Origin: Antedon mediterranea
Lineage: Eukaryota > Animalia > Echinodermata
Direction of reading: 5' to 3'
Assembly: GCF_964355755.1 (NCBI RefSeq)
Contig: NC_092677.1
Coordinates: 6,904,101 to 6,968,100, forward strand
DNA length: 64,000 nucleotides
The notes beneath the pieces were generated by a model, which worked only from the letters and a program-made list of their open reading frames with translations, was not told where the DNA came from and made no database searches. The stretch's first letter is position 1. The number at the start of each line of letters is the position of its first letter. Made by a program: the position numbers and the translations under genes. Of the stretch, positions 12,083 to 26,509 are shown one piece after another.

Positions 12083-15000
12083 TTATTTGATATTGAGGTC
12101 ACAGTTTGCACAAACCACCGTCTTCTGTTTGTGGTCTATTAACTTCGCTTCTGTGTAGTAGTTACCCTGATAGACAAAAGAAAATGATATCAGTAAAAAA
12201 AGTCTACCCAAGAAACACTGATGGGATAGATAATTGAAACACTATTAATCTGATTTCGAAAAGAAAGTGAAAACTTACGGCTGGCAAAAGTCCTGGCACG
12301 TGATCTTCTCGCATATAATATTGGTCGCCTATTGAGAAAAGATTACAATAACTTCATTTGCCCAAATTCTGGTTAGAAGGTTTAAGATGGCAATGTTAAA
12401 TTTGTTTTAGAATAATGATGTCAAAAGAATGATGACGTTTCACATGGTTCTTGATAACTGCCTTGATATTTCTTGCCAAAAACTGTCAAACAGTTCCTCG
12501 TTCTTTAAACGTACAGCTGTTTTATATGTAGTATGCAATAGTTAAAGTATGTTATTTAAAATTTATTTAAAGATGTGTGTCCTAAAAAAACATAAACACT
12601 TATTCTCTTTTGGAGAAAACATACTATTTAAAAAATTTTTAAATTTAAAGAATTGATTAAAATTGAATTCAGGCAAATTTAATTTTTGGGTAAAATGAAG
12701 CAAGAGCGCCTACAAAGATTTCAAGAAGAGAAATTATAGCCCTGGACACATTATTCATACCTCCTTTCATAGGACACGTAAAATAAGGGTCTTCCTCCGC
12801 CATATCACACACTGGAAATTCATTCGTATATAACCTAACACCGCCATATTCCACTGTGACAGCGATTGTTCCAAAAAGTATACTGTTTTCTAAAAAAGAC
12901 AGATATTAATAATAATAATAATAATAATATTTATTCGGCAAAAGTTCATAAAGTACATTTTACAATTCATCTTGCCAGGAGCAAGTAATAGGCATGGGCC
13001 CAAACAGAAAACTGCTCTTACTCCATCATTACTTATAAAATACAAAAATAACAAAAAATAACAAAATATTAAACATTTAAATAATAGGGCTACCTTAATA
13101 TTTTATAGCTTTACTTCGTAGCTAAATGAATCTGAACTCTATTTAAAGAGCTTAAAAAATGTACATGGTTTGTGTTTTCTTCGGTAAAATGATTAAATAT
13201 TGTTGAATATAGAGCCATATTTACGATAGGCCTATATATTTTATACTAGTTTATGTTTACGTACCAAATGTAGTATTCATAACCGTAACTATTTTAATTC
13301 CGCCACTTTCATCAGCCATCAAAAGGGCCGCTCCCACTACTGGTGGATCTGGTTCATCTGCAATTTTAAAATTAATTATTATTATATTTTAATTCGATGG
13401 TGCCCGCCAATCGGGAAACGGTAAGCAATAACCTCTCTGTGATTGTGACGTAGGGAAAAAAGGGCAGATAATTGAACTATTATTCCCATCGACTGTTGCA
13501 AAGAATTTGGTCAAAAAACAAAGGTTTGCCGTTCTAACATTAATGGATAAATTATGGTCTCTAGGTTATCTAGAAGATGTTTTTTTTCCTCACCGACCGA
13601 CAAACTGACTGACAAACAATCTATTTGTCAAAGACTCAACGTCATAGCACTTATGTTATGTTTATAAACTCGTCAACTGTATCATAATTTTTATGTCATC
13701 AACCGCAAAATTACCATACAATATCAACAGTACCGCACATACACTCAGCTGCCAGACGGAAAAAATAAATGTTTTATTTTGAAAAAAATATTATATTAAG
13801 CTACAGTTCCTATTACAGAACACGCTTATTTTGTGAAGATTATCGTTCTCAATAATATTAGTGTGTTTATGTTACGTAATTGTTAAAGTAAAATCACGTT
13901 TATCGATAGGTTGACATTTTGTGAGCAGCATGCAGAGCTGATGTGAAAGTTGCGAAACTCTGATTCCCATTGTTCAAGGAAAAGGAAGGTCAATAGGTCA
14001 CAGCAAACAAGAAAACAACAATATTGATAATAAACATAGGCTTTGTATCATTTTGAAAAAACGGCAGTAATTAATTATTTAGAAAGAAAGGAAATTATAT
14101 AAAACATTATGAATATGGAGCTCTTTCTTCTAAAACATGGTTCTCTATGGGTTCCCTATTTAGAATTCATGAACATAACACGTAATTACTAAAATGTCCT
14201 ACAAAGATCTAATCAAAGTGACCTTCTAAAACTTTTCTGGGAAATATCATAAATTTTTATTTAAAAAAAACCGTTTGATTATGGTCCTCAACCGTGGTGG
14301 TGTTGCCCTTGGTATAGGCCTAGATAGATAATTCATGTTTCGCAATGGTACAATTAATGGTATTATTAATCATAAAAACCTATATTCATTTTCAGACTCA
14401 ATAAAAAGCAGTATCCAGCGAGGTAGAACGACAGGAATCTATATTGTAGAAAGAAAACAAAATGTTTTATTCTATATATTCCTTTCAGTGATACATAAAA
14501 TGGGAGACAAGACTGATAGACAAGAGCTAAAAAAAAATCCAGACAAACAGAAAATACAAGCAAAATTAATCAAGATTTTTTTTAATAGATAACAGATCAA
14601 TCTTACCACAAAACGCCCATATTTTTCCAACGGATACGAATCCGTTATCAGATATCCATTTATCCCAGTCGAAAAGTTTGAGGCCATGCCGTCCGGTTCC
14701 TGTATTATGCTGCTCGGCTTTAATGTCTCCTTCTGCCAAAATGTTTACTTTTTCTTTACTTTCTTCTTTAATAATGTTTGGTTTAGCTCCCTCCTCTAAG
14801 TTTCTGCTTATTTTTTTATTTTCTTCTAATACATCGTTCGTATTTGCTGCTACAATTAACTTATTATTTGCATTGCTTTCCATCTGTGCGAGACCAGTGT
14901 CTGCAGCCTGTTGCTGTGGAGCTGCAGGAATGACCGCTTCCTGTACTGGTGCATTTTTCATCCAATCTGGTCGACGTATAGATTCTTGTTTATTCGCCAT

Positions 15001-15114
15001 CAATGTTTCTTCGGCTGGAGGATGGTTAAACAGAGTAAAATATACCGCGGTGAAAAAAGTCATAATAGAAATTAGGATGAACAGTGTTCGCCTGGAAACC
15101 ATTTTGCGTATCAT
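12083..15114 (-). CDS. Type II membrane-anchored ML-domain (MD-2-related lipid recognition, NPC2/PG-PI transfer protein-like) protein, about 287 aa
   Basis: Exons 15114-14607, 13357-13265, 12889-12761, 12328-12279, 12166-12083; phases 1,1,1,0 are consistent; 864 nt in total. Basic N-terminus plus hydrophobic helix, then a low-complexity stalk. The C-terminus WAFC...GTIAVTVEYGGVRLYTNEFPVCD...FTCPMKGG...VPGLLPAGNYYTEAKLIDHKQKTVVC matches the ML-domain pattern (C..CP..G..P..P.G.Y..C). Confidence 0.8.
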
Positions 15115-16470
15115 TCAGTTTTTAGAATTCGAGAGAGATCAAAGATCCGATGTCATCACAGCACTGCCAACAAGACCTAACTGGTTAAAAGCCAACGCGG
15201 CTGTGTATCCTGCGATGCATTAGGTTGATCAAGCGGTCACCGTCTGTTCCAAACTTGTTTACCAAACTGAACTCAAGATATAAGTTTTCCGTGCGCTACT
15301 AATATACGCTTGTCGTGAGCTCTATTGTATGCTAATCGCTAAGTTCATCGGTGATCGATAACATATATGTTTTTGTAAGTATTTAGTCTTATCACATGCA
15401 TAATGGAAACCGTAGCAATTAGATCTTATTGCATCATCGCAGCCAATGGACCGACAATAAATTTGGTCAAAATAGGCCTACTTTTTTGTATGTATCTAAA
15501 AATAACTTTGTTGGAAACTTGAAGCTAGGCCTTCCACCAGGATATGGTTGAAATTGGCCGTGTTAAAAAGACCCATGAAATATATTATAAAGAATAGTTA
15601 TTAGTAGATATCTTAAAACGAGACACTTTAAATCGGTTTTTATTATAGACCAAGGAGGCAGACCTAAGCTGTACTCTTCATAAACGATTACGTAATATTA
15701 TCGAGGTACTTTGAATTAGAAATGAAAATGCCCAGGTATGCATTAACCTACGACACGACATGACCTCATGCTTCGTTGCACAATCAAGAAAATACATGCT
15801 ACAACATTAGTCTACACCGGGGTGTAGACTTAATTATTAGAGGGGTTTTATTTTAGGAATACACTCAGTAAAATATATTTTATAGAATTATGTGATGCAC
15901 TAATACTGTAGTTGTTACCTTTATTTCGTATTTATTTGGTCTAGGCTAGGCTACCCATAGTCTACTAGACTAGAGAGGCGGAGATCCGTCTGCCTAGAGT
16001 ATTTATATTTATTACTATTATTAGTATTAGGCCTAGGCTAGCCTCTAGTAGACCATGCATGGAGTAAAGAATAATTATGAGTAGACGTTTGCTCTAGCAA
16101 GGCTAGTAGTAGCCTACTACTAGGCCTACTTACACTTTACTAGTATTAGTATTAGGCCTAATCTAGGCAATTAAATTAGTGAAAGAAAGTGGGGATCTTA
16201 CTATAGGCCTAGCCTTGTTAAGTTACTAGCCCTGGCTTAGCTATTATATATATTTTAATACAGTAAATAAACCTGTCCAGAAAAAGGCAACTTTTTTAGA
16301 TACTTTTTATAAAAGATGTTCACTGTTGGTGTTGCTGCTTTAACATATTCTCTTGTAATTTTTAATACATCATGTAGTAATTATGAACAGTAGTTTGCTT
16401 ATTTTATTTAAACTTTCATTAACAGTTTTTATTAATTCTGCAGAATATAATTCTAGCAAGACAACAGAGA

Positions 16471-19270
16471 ATGAATATACAAAGCATTTCCCGGATGTTT
16501 AATAATAGAACAGCAGAATTGATCTTGATATCCTTGAGGCCATGCATGTGTCGTTCTTTTGCATCTGACTCAACAAAACCAGTGTTCTTTCAAACGCTCC
16601 GAGAAAAGTATGGAGACAAAGTAGCCATTGTGGATAACATAGGAGAGCACTCATACAACAAAATCTTATCTTTAAGCACCAGTCTAAGCCAAGGGATTTT
16701 AGCAACAGCTAAAAGAGATCCTACTCTAAAAACATCTACATTCCTTTTGAATGGGGAAAGAGTTGCTTTCTTGTGTCCAAATAATGTGACATACGTTGTT
16801 GCACAATGGGGTACTTGGATGAGTGGGGCAACTGCTGTCCCGCTTTGTAAATCACATCCACCAAGTGAACTTGCATATTTTCTGAATGACTCCGCAGTAT
16901 CCCTAGTTGTCACGACAGCTGACTACGTTGACAAAGTTAGAGAAGTCGTCAGATTGTTAGGAGTTAAACATATTGTTCTTGATGAAGAAAAAATTGCTTC
17001 AAATTATACTGATAATAATTTGATTAATGACTTTGCAACATTAACTGAAGGTAAATTTAATTCCGACTCATTTGCTGAAAAAAGGTTAATAACAGAAAAA
17101 TGGCGACAAACCAAATGGAAAAACCGTGCTGCACAGTTGATATACACTAGTGGAACAACAGGACGACCAAAAGGTGTGTTATCTACATTTGGTAACATCC
17201 AATCACAAGTGTCAATGCTGTTGGACTCATGGGAATGGTCTAATAAGGATGTTGTACTGCACGTTCTTCCATTACATCACGTTCATGGTATCATTAATCT
17301 GTTAGTATGTCCTTTATGGTGTGGAGCAACATGTGTCATGCTGTCTGAATTTAATGCAGATAAGGTTAGAATTTCTTGTACACAATTAAATGTTCACCAT
17401 TAAATATTCACCTTTATGTTTTAAGTACTTTACTTAAAGTAATAAGGATAACAAGATATCACTTTGCAATGTTAAATTTTTTTTTTTTTTAAATTAACTA
17501 ATTGTCTTTTGTCTTTGTATATGTATAGTATATATGTACTGTATGTCTTTTATTAGTAATACGGTAAACAAAGAATACTTTCTGTGCCTTTTTCCCTTCA
17601 AGGTTTGGAGCTATCTTCTTGGGGAAACTGAATCAAAAATAAATGTCTTTATGGCAGTTCCAACAATTTACGCAAAATTATTACAAGCGTACAACTCTAA
17701 ATTTGGAAGTGTGGTAGGTGGAAGAACTACAGAATTCATCAAGGCAACTTTACAAAACAATATTAGGTATGAAACAATGAATAGATTGAAAGGAAATAAG
17801 AGTCAGAAAGAGAGATTTGATTGTCGCAAAGATTTTTAAGTTGTTCAGTTGTGAAACAAAGCAACAGAAAAATTTACTTATATTCGGAATGATCTTGGTT
17901 ACTAGATTGATGGTATCAGGCTCGGCTGCATTACCGCAGCCAATCATGGAACAGTGGGAGAAGGTCACAGGTCATCGATTGTTAGAACGATACGGAATGA
18001 CAGAGTTTGGTATGGCACTTTCTAACCCACTAAATGGTCTCCGCGTTCCAGGTAAATTTTATGTTTGCTTCACACGATATTCATCAAATTAGCGGGACAG
18101 AAAATATTTTACAAAATGGACTATCTCCATGAAAGATTACAAATGGATACGAAGTGTCAGTTCTTTATCACTTTTTATTTTCAGGATCTGTTGGAACTCC
18201 ACTACCATCCGTCCAGGTAAGATTAGTGACCTCCGAAGGCAAGATTACTGCAGAAGGTAACTCTGTGAGAACTACAGTGACACCAGGAATGGAAGGTGTA
18301 GCTGGTGAACTACAGGTTAAAGGCCCAAATGTGTTTAAGCTGTACTGGCAGAGACCGGATGCAACTGAAGACTCTTTTACTGAAGACGGATGGTTTAAAA
18401 CGGGTTAGTAGCCAAATACTCATCATCATCACCTACCTGTTTACTAGTACAAACCCATCATATACTGTATACAAATCGGTCCTTGAAAGAGTTTGTATGT
18501 GGAAAATCATTTTCTAAGTTAAATATGTGTAGTGGAGCTGTAGCTTGGTGGTTAACATGCTTCCCTACCAATCTAGCCAGGGTTCAATCATGACCTAATG
18601 CCAGGGTTGTAACTCATGACTCTTTCAGCTCCACTCTCCCAAGTCTCAAATGAGCACGATACATTATAAAATAGTTTATCCATCTTGTAATTGATTGATT
18701 GGCTGTTTATTTATAAAAAAAAACAAATTTGCTAAACATAACCATCTACTTGAAAAACTGTCAATGTTTCAATGGATTCATACCTAGGCATGAATTTAGT
18801 CCCTCCCTACATCATCACAATTTTTTTTTAATGCCTCTAGGTTTAATACTAGTTCACCACTAGGTTCATAATCCATGACTTGTCTTTTAACAGGTGACAC
18901 TGTGATGTATGAAAATGACATGTACCATATATTGGGTCGTACATCTGTCGACATCATCAAAAGTGGTGGTTACAAAATAAGCAGTCTGGATGTGGAGCGA
19001 CGTCTTCTGTCGCACCCCAGCATTGAAGAATGTGCAGTGGTTGGTTTGCCAGATATGACATGGGGTGAACGTGTGGCAGCCATCATCAGTCTAAAGGAAG
19101 ACTGTCAGATGACCCTCAGAGTTCTACGAGATTGGTGCCATAATAAGATGCCGTCGTATGTCATCCCAACGGAGTTAAAGATACTGCCAAGTCTTCCTAG
19201 AAATGTGATGGGAAAAGTGAACAAAAAGGAATTAGTTGTGAAAGTATTTGGAGAAGAATCTTTGCCATAA
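16471..19270 (+). CDS. ACSF3: Malonate--CoA ligase / acyl-CoA synthetase family member 3, mitochondrial (599 aa)
   Basis: Exons 16471-17364, 17603-17766, 17906-18051, 18185-18403, 18894-19270 (1800 nt). Motifs [72 protein letters not shown]. The Arg/Ser-rich N-terminus is compatible with a mitochondrial presequence. Confidence 0.95.
18532..18620 (+). mobile_element. Degenerate tRNA-derived SINE head
   Basis: A-box-like tagcttggtgg and B-box-like gggttcaatc. A reverse-strand relative (ttaaccaccaagctacagttcc) lies at about 29759-29780. Confidence 0.45.
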
Positions 19271-19746
19271 AATTTAAATATAATCTAGGGGGCGTTTAGT
19301 GTATGAGCGCCCACTGGATAAACCCAGGGCCTCCAGAGCTTACAGCTGAAAAAAAAAGACACTAAATTATGTCGAAAAGAGCTATAAACACCCAAGAGAG
19401 TCCCTAAACTAGGGACCTCCGGCTTCTGTTTGTGTTCTGATGGTGTTAATAACATCAGTATAACATAGAAAGGAAGACCTTGTCAAAATGGGAAAAAAGG
19501 CTAAAGGAATCATAACTTACAGTGAATGATGATCTTTTTGGTTTATGATCATATGACCATATGATCACATGAAATTATTCTAGACGGCCATTTTGCTTAT
19601 TATTTCTAAAAAGTGTCATACAGTAACTATGCTTGAGCTGGAATCTAGGTTACGGTCAAAAATCAAAATGGATGCTGTAAAAGAAACAAAGTTTTAGAGT
19701 CTCCACGTGTGGCAAGTCTATTGTGAAATCTACCTTTCAGCACCAT

Positions 19747-19849
19747 AAACAAGGCCATATACATGGCTGCAGTCGCGTGCTCAAGTTAGTGTTTACGACC
19801 GACCGACCAACACAGTGAGCTGTAGAGTCGAGTTGCACGCGACTAAAAA
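19747..19849 (-). mobile_element. Miniature HINE/DINE-1-like Helentron derivative
   Basis: Subterminal inverted repeats agtcgcgtgc / gcacgcgact, an internal (gacc)n microsatellite, the terminal hairpin gccatatacatggc and T-rich ends on the minus strand. Confidence 0.75.
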
Positions 19850-20300
19850 TACATTATTTAAAAAACAAGATATTACTTTCTACAAATAATTTTTATTCCA
19901 TGAAAATAGCAATACATATACAAAGATCAAATAAATAATAAAATAATGACTATTATGTAGAAATATTAATGTTTGTATAATTGTGTAAAAAAACTAATTT
20001 TTCAATTTTTGTTGACAAATAAATAATACTAATAGCAAATAGCAATTACAACATAATTTTGTACAAATAATATTTATATTTCACTAAACTGATAATTGCA
20101 TATAGCTATCCATTTAAAAAAAATTGTTTCATCTACTGTATCAAAGAAAAAAATCTAATTATACACAATTACAATACAAGTTTCTTCAAGTAACTTTTAA
20201 TCCATAAAAATAATTATTACATTTATTATACCTACTTTTCACTTTCTCGCATATTCACACCCAAGTACAAAGTGTATGTACTAACTTCAGAATTTTCATC

Positions 20301-20839
20301 TTCAAGTGTATTGTCCCTTGAAACCCAAAAAAATGAAGGTCAAAATATTCTAAATTTAAAGTGGCCATTTCAAAGTAATATTAAAATTATTCACTTTAAG
20401 TCGAAAATTTGAGCCAAAACCAACAAATTTACGTAATTAACAGGTAAATTAGTTTGATTACATTTCATCTGGAAAATCGTCACGAGCGAAAGTAAACAAA
20501 GATTTCAAACCATGAGTATGCATTATGCATATGCTAAATTAGGATTGTTTACAACTCGTCACGGTTAAGAAGGTATTTTCACACAGATCATGAGGAACTT
20601 AGGAAGTTTTATGATTATGCATACAGAGTATCCAAACAAGCGCGTTTCATTATGGGATATGTTTTGATTGAAAACTTTGACTGGAAAAACGTCTGTATTT
20701 CAGTTAAATTTTTTTTTTTTTCGAACAATTTTTGGTGATAGTTAATAACTATTATGATACTTCAAAATGACCCATCTTTTTTCGAAATCTTTTATTTTTA
20801 ATTTTTTTGGAATTAGTCAAAGGGACAATACATCTTTAA
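20301..20839. mobile_element. TIR MITE, Kolobok-like (TTAA-type ends)
   Basis: 13-bp inverted repeats tgtattgtccctt (20307-20319) / aagggacaataca (20820-20832). The right end is followed by tctttaa. Confidence 0.6.
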
Positions 20840-22259
20840 ATTAAAATAACCATTGAAATTACTAGTTACAAAACAACATCCACATATTTTGTACTATGAC
20901 TTGTCAATGTGTGCTTAATATTTTGTCTATGCCATATCATATACTAATATTATGCAAAGAAAGATATTGGGAAACAGACTCAAATTCCAAAACAGACTTT
21001 CGGTAATGATCATGTCAAAATTATTCTACTGCAGCAGTTAATTCTTTATACTGCAGTAATGTATGATCTTAATTTGTTTCAACATGGACCTATATGATTT
21101 CAATGTAGACGTTTATTGGACAGTCAATGCAAGAAAACAAATTGTTCAGTAACTGCAGTAAAATGCAGTTACTGAACAATGTTAATGATGGACAGACATC
21201 AGTGTCATTTGGTACATGCTGAAAGACAGAAAAAAAAGGACCGATAGGAAATGAAAGTGGTCTGTGTTGTCTTTGGGCATTTTCAGCCAGTAGCTGGAGT
21301 CACAAGTTGTTTTATTTACCAGTACTAAAACCTGTAGAAAGGTGGTTGTCAAAATAAAAAGTAATTGATTTTAACAACTTTTGCTTTTCCCTAATAAAAA
21401 ATATTATACTGTACACATTGTTTGATTTTATATAAAAACAAGCGGATAAAGATAATTATGACCTTTCTGCGATAATATGACCTTTCTGCGAGGCTAAAAA
21501 CATTTCCTATACAATGCCAGTGAAAATACAAAAATGTGGTGAACCAGTGTAAATTATCTAAAATATGATACGTATTGCTGAGAATACGGTTAAGTGATGC
21601 AGAATGCGGTTAACTTCAAGCTGGAACATAAACATGTTCCTAATGTAAACCGCATCGGTTAAACAATAATATACAAGTAATCAAAAATATTGTTCTGTTT
21701 GCTATTATATATGGACATATATAATAAATATTGCGATCGTTATTTCATTTCTATAAGTAGTAATAGTATTTAGATTTTCTTAGTAGCAAGTAAATGAGTG
21801 GTACTATTTGAGAACATTGTAGTTTTGGTATTTTAAATCACAATTGATAATATAAAACAATTAAATACAAAATATGACTGATAACAATAATAGCAACAAT
21901 GATTAATAATATGACTGATCACAATTACGATATCTGTAATACATTTTTTTTTTCTAATACAGCAAAAACCAAAAGGAAAGTATTTTATAGTATTTTTTTT
22001 GAAAAAATAGTGTGTAAACTTTCTTTACGAATTAAAATTAGTTTGGTCGTGTTTTTTTATTTTTGGTTAGAAAAACAAAAATACTGCCACCTTGGATTAG
22101 ATACAAAATAATGTCAAATATGTTAATAATATTAAGTGTTTTACAACCAGGCCTAATACTGTACCACAATATTTTAGTGAATTATTTTGTATTCATTCAT
22201 TAAGAGGCATACACAATGATTTGATTCATATAACATTATGATTGAAATTGAAAATTATA

Positions 22260-22510
22260 TTTATACTGGGTAACCTCTTCAGTCAAAGACTGGTCTCCCA
22301 GAGGGCCCAGTTGGTGATCAGTGGCTGTGATGTACTAATACACCGGGGTAACCCCCTACTTGTCTCGAAAGATGTACTAGGTTCTTTAAAGTGCACACGA
22401 GCTAGATGTGTACACTGGACCTACGGTTTATAGTCCTTATCCGAGAAGACCATGGAGTGAGTGAGCCTCGAACCCCTGCCGATGTTATGGCTACGTAATT
22501 ACGACAACCA
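22260..22510 (-). mobile_element. Deu/Nin-domain SINE (tRNA-derived)
   Basis: The minus strand reads B-box ggggttcgaggctc, then ttctcggataaggactataaaccgtaggtcc...gtgcactttaaagaacc...tttcgagacaagtagggggttaccccggtgt, which resembles the Deu/Nin central domain. Fragments also occur at about 5485-5550 and 61260-61340. Confidence 0.7.
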
Positions 22511-25500
22511 GCCCAAATTATCAAAATACTAATTATTTATTTTCAGGATATTTTAAGCGAGTCTGGTTCTCGCCGAGAATTATATCACATGGTTGGGAAA
22601 AATGTTTTAATAATAAAACAAAACACCTTGAATTGCCCCCTCACATTTAGTACTTTAGTACTGTTTCATCCAAACCAATTTTTTCATATCAATCTAAGAG
22701 TTAATCAGATATTTTTCATAACTGAATGTTTATTAATAAAGTAGACCACAGACTTTACTATTCATTAGCAGACAAAATAATTACACAACAGACAGACAGA
22801 CATCAATAAATTATCAATAACTAATCGGCAGTTAAATCTGGAAATGTATGAACTTTCATGTTTTAGTTAATGAAGCGAATCATTGTTTTTAAAGCCGGCC
22901 GAGTCATACGCAAACAAGATGCAAGCACCATCACATCAAATCGTCGTCCTGCAGTAAAACCATGGCCTTATTTTGTTTTTTTCTAGAAAACAGGTTTACA
23001 ACACTTTGATGTTAATGGTGTAAAAAATATATGGTTTAAACAAATTTGTATATTTTATTTATGTACTATAAATTATGTAGGTTTTCCTCCTGTAAACACC
23101 AAAAGGACAAACTCTAGTGTCTGTGTAAAAACAAAAATCATAATTTCATTTTAGGCCAAAAAGTAACCGAAAACTTCCTGTGGAAACAGTGTTTAAACTA
23201 TTCTGCTGAAGAAAAATTATTCGATAGTCATCTCATTAAAATCATATAATTATCTGATAAATGCGATAATTTTAACCTTTGACCTGAAGGACAAATTGTG
23301 GTGTTCTCGATAAAAGCCTTCATTAACAACTCGAAGGTCTGCTTATTTTGAATCGGCATTTATTTATTATATGCCATCTAGAACACTCCATCAGAGTTAC
23401 AGATTAAAGATATTTATTTTATTTATTTATATTATCCCTAAAATATAATGGAACAATCCTCTCTGGTTTATTTAGTTCTTAAAACAGAATCTCACCATAT
23501 CCTAGGCATCTACAATTACCGTTTCAATGTGCCATATTGACTTTCTTCAGATTGTATTTCAATATTGAGAGCAGTAAGATGAACCTAACATCGCTAACAT
23601 AACACTAATCTGAAATCAATAGCTTACACATAGATTATAAAATAGTAAACATGTTTCTTAAAATATTATTTTTCATCTTATAAAAATCACAAATTTATTT
23701 AAACGCTGCCATGTGTATTTATTACAGTGCAATGGTTTTATATTCTGGAGATTTGTTGAAAAATTAATGATGGGGTTAAATAATTTCCAAATTCTTTCGA
23801 CTAGTTGATACTGGATGTGCTTACTTTCTACTCTTAAATTTGAGTACAGTAATTTTAACCCTCGGTGGAGGGGAACCTTCAGAGTCTAACATAATTTGTC
23901 CCTTGGTATCAATGGATAGTGGTTGACTGTAGTGTGTTAAAGTATTGTCAAGTATCTCCCAAGGATCAAAGAAGGGATTCTACTGAAATTTAAAAGTCAT
24001 ATTGTAAATGAACCTAAACGTCTACAATAAAACCTGGATAAAAAACCAAATTACAGATATATTAAAATCCAAATTTGTAACTTGCTGGTAGCAACTTTAA
24101 ACTGATAAATCAAATGGTATCTTTTACAACTAATTTGAATTGGAAACATTTTTTTGTTTTCATTAAAAGTTGCTAACATTTCTATTTTTTAAAATTGATT
24201 ATTAAGCTAAATAAGTTGTGCATGATTAAATTAAAATTAATAAAATATTAACAACAAAACCAACACTATATGTAGTCTTGCATTTACAATGAACGACATA
24301 GTGATATATTGCAAGCTAAATTATGTTGACAAATTAATACTTGGTTTTATTAATTAGTGAAAATAACACTCACAACGTTATTTGCTATTTTTAATTGAAA
24401 TGTTGTGATCATATCATATATTTCAAAAATCGGAATAAAATTGCATTAATACCTGTCAATTGCATTAAAAATTAAATAAAGTTTGTGCTATGCAAACTAC
24501 CTTATATACTTATCTGAAGCAATGAAAAATTATTAAAACAATATTTCTGAAAATCCACACCTCATTAATATACATATGAATATTCAACATACTGAACTTA
24601 TAAATTATTTTGATTAATGTTATGATTTGAATGTTGTCTGAGAATGTTGATGTATGTATGTTATTTAGTTAAACTTTGACCTCTGTCAGTATGCTGTAAC
24701 AGCGCCCTCATACACTGTTGCCTGTTCATTTATATGTTGTAGAGTTTCAAGAACGAGATGATGTAAAGTTATGTACATTAAAGTAAGAATGATTTTTTTA
24801 TTTTATCAATGCATTGATGTGCTTGGTGAACAATGGATAAGGTTAATACAAGTGTCATGTCAAAGTAAAAGAGATATTATTGATACAACTAGAGGGCTAA
24901 CTAGCAAAGTAATGTGATCACAGAAGGAGCCTCAAAGTAGCCACTGCATCTGTTCGAAAATATTGATAGTAAAGTAATTAAAAATATTAGGAGAACCAAA
25001 TTAAAATCAGTACAATTTTTTTTTAGAGTACAGTACTGTATTGTTTTTTTGGTGTGATTGTGTTGGAGTTGATTCTCTAGTTGTACCTCTAAAGTAAATA
25101 CCTCTATAGCATACAGTGCCTTCTGTTGTACTTTTATTGTATGATTTGTGGGGTTTCTTCCTCATTAGCAATACATTGTTTCAATCTTTCCCAGGATTCC
25201 ACAGTTATTTAAAAATAGATCAGATGTAAAATGCAAATTAATTGATAGACGCTTTTTATATTTATATAAATGTCTCCATAATTTAACTGGTGCATGATGA
25301 CTGGATAATTACCATAAACATGAATATGTATCTGCCACCTTATCATACTCCATGACAAACCTAGTATAATATAATACAGTACAATGATTAATATTAAAAT
25401 AAAATTACATACAGAGAATTGCAAGATTCTTATCAATACTTCTAAATTTACAATACATAGGTCTACAAGTGTAAGTAACTTCATCTAGCAGTCTTTTTCC

Positions 25501-26509
25501 ATGTTTTCATTTGTCATTAATTCATGACTCGGTTGCTGTGATACCCAAAGCTTTTAAAGTCAACAGTGATAACTCAGCCTTTTTTCAACTACGCAAATTT
25601 ATTCACAAAAATCATAAGCATCATTATGGGCATGCATGTTTATCTTCGAAATCCCTTTCTGTGTTGAATTTTAGTTCGTGTTTTTCGCTTCAGTGAAAAT
25701 AGTTTGAATAGTTTCAAAATTAAAACTTACAAACCAATTACAGTTCAGGAAATTCTCTTCTGTTGAGCGCTCATGAAAATCAAATAGCTAAGCCCAAACC
25801 TGATCAAACTGATAATCGCAGCTATTCACCCTTGTAGTAGTGGAAAAACAATAAAAGGGTAGCACAAATCTGCAAAAATGTCGGATATGCGCAAATAAAT
25901 TCACATAGTGGACATCCGGTTATACACTATTAATAAAGCGATATTCTGATGTATCGTAACTACTGTATCTTTGACCAACAGACTGTTACTACAGTTTTTA
26001 GATAATATTTGATTTTCATACATAAATTCATCTGGTAAAAGATGACACAATCTTCTAAAAATCTGAAATTAAAAAATATATATATAAATATTGATTTTTT
26101 GAGTAAAAACTTACACAACCTACAATCTACTAAAATTGTATGAAGGGATGAAGATGGTGTAAATAGTTCATGAGTTGATTGAAAGCTCAATATTGTTACT
26201 GTATACAGTACACTCAACATTGTTTATACACACACTGGAACGCACTATTGTACAAGTTTACACTGTAAAACTTATCTTTCTTTTGGAACAAATTCACTCA
26301 CTTTTGATTCAATTAATTTAGAAACTAATTAAGCCTTTGATAACTTTTTTTAGGGAATTAGCGCCAAATATATAGTTTAACTGACTACTGTATTGATATA
26401 AATTCTAAATGGATTAGGTGAAGATCACATCTAATATATAGAACAGTAAACATTTATTAATCAATTGTTTAAAAAACCAAACCAACCTTTTTATGCAGTG
26501 TAGACATCA

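Noticed and set aside
14678-15223. 181-aa plus-strand ORF, and similar antisense ORFs over CNOT10, ACSF3 and ZNRF exons
   Set aside because: Shadow frames opposite real exons, with no independent coding signal.
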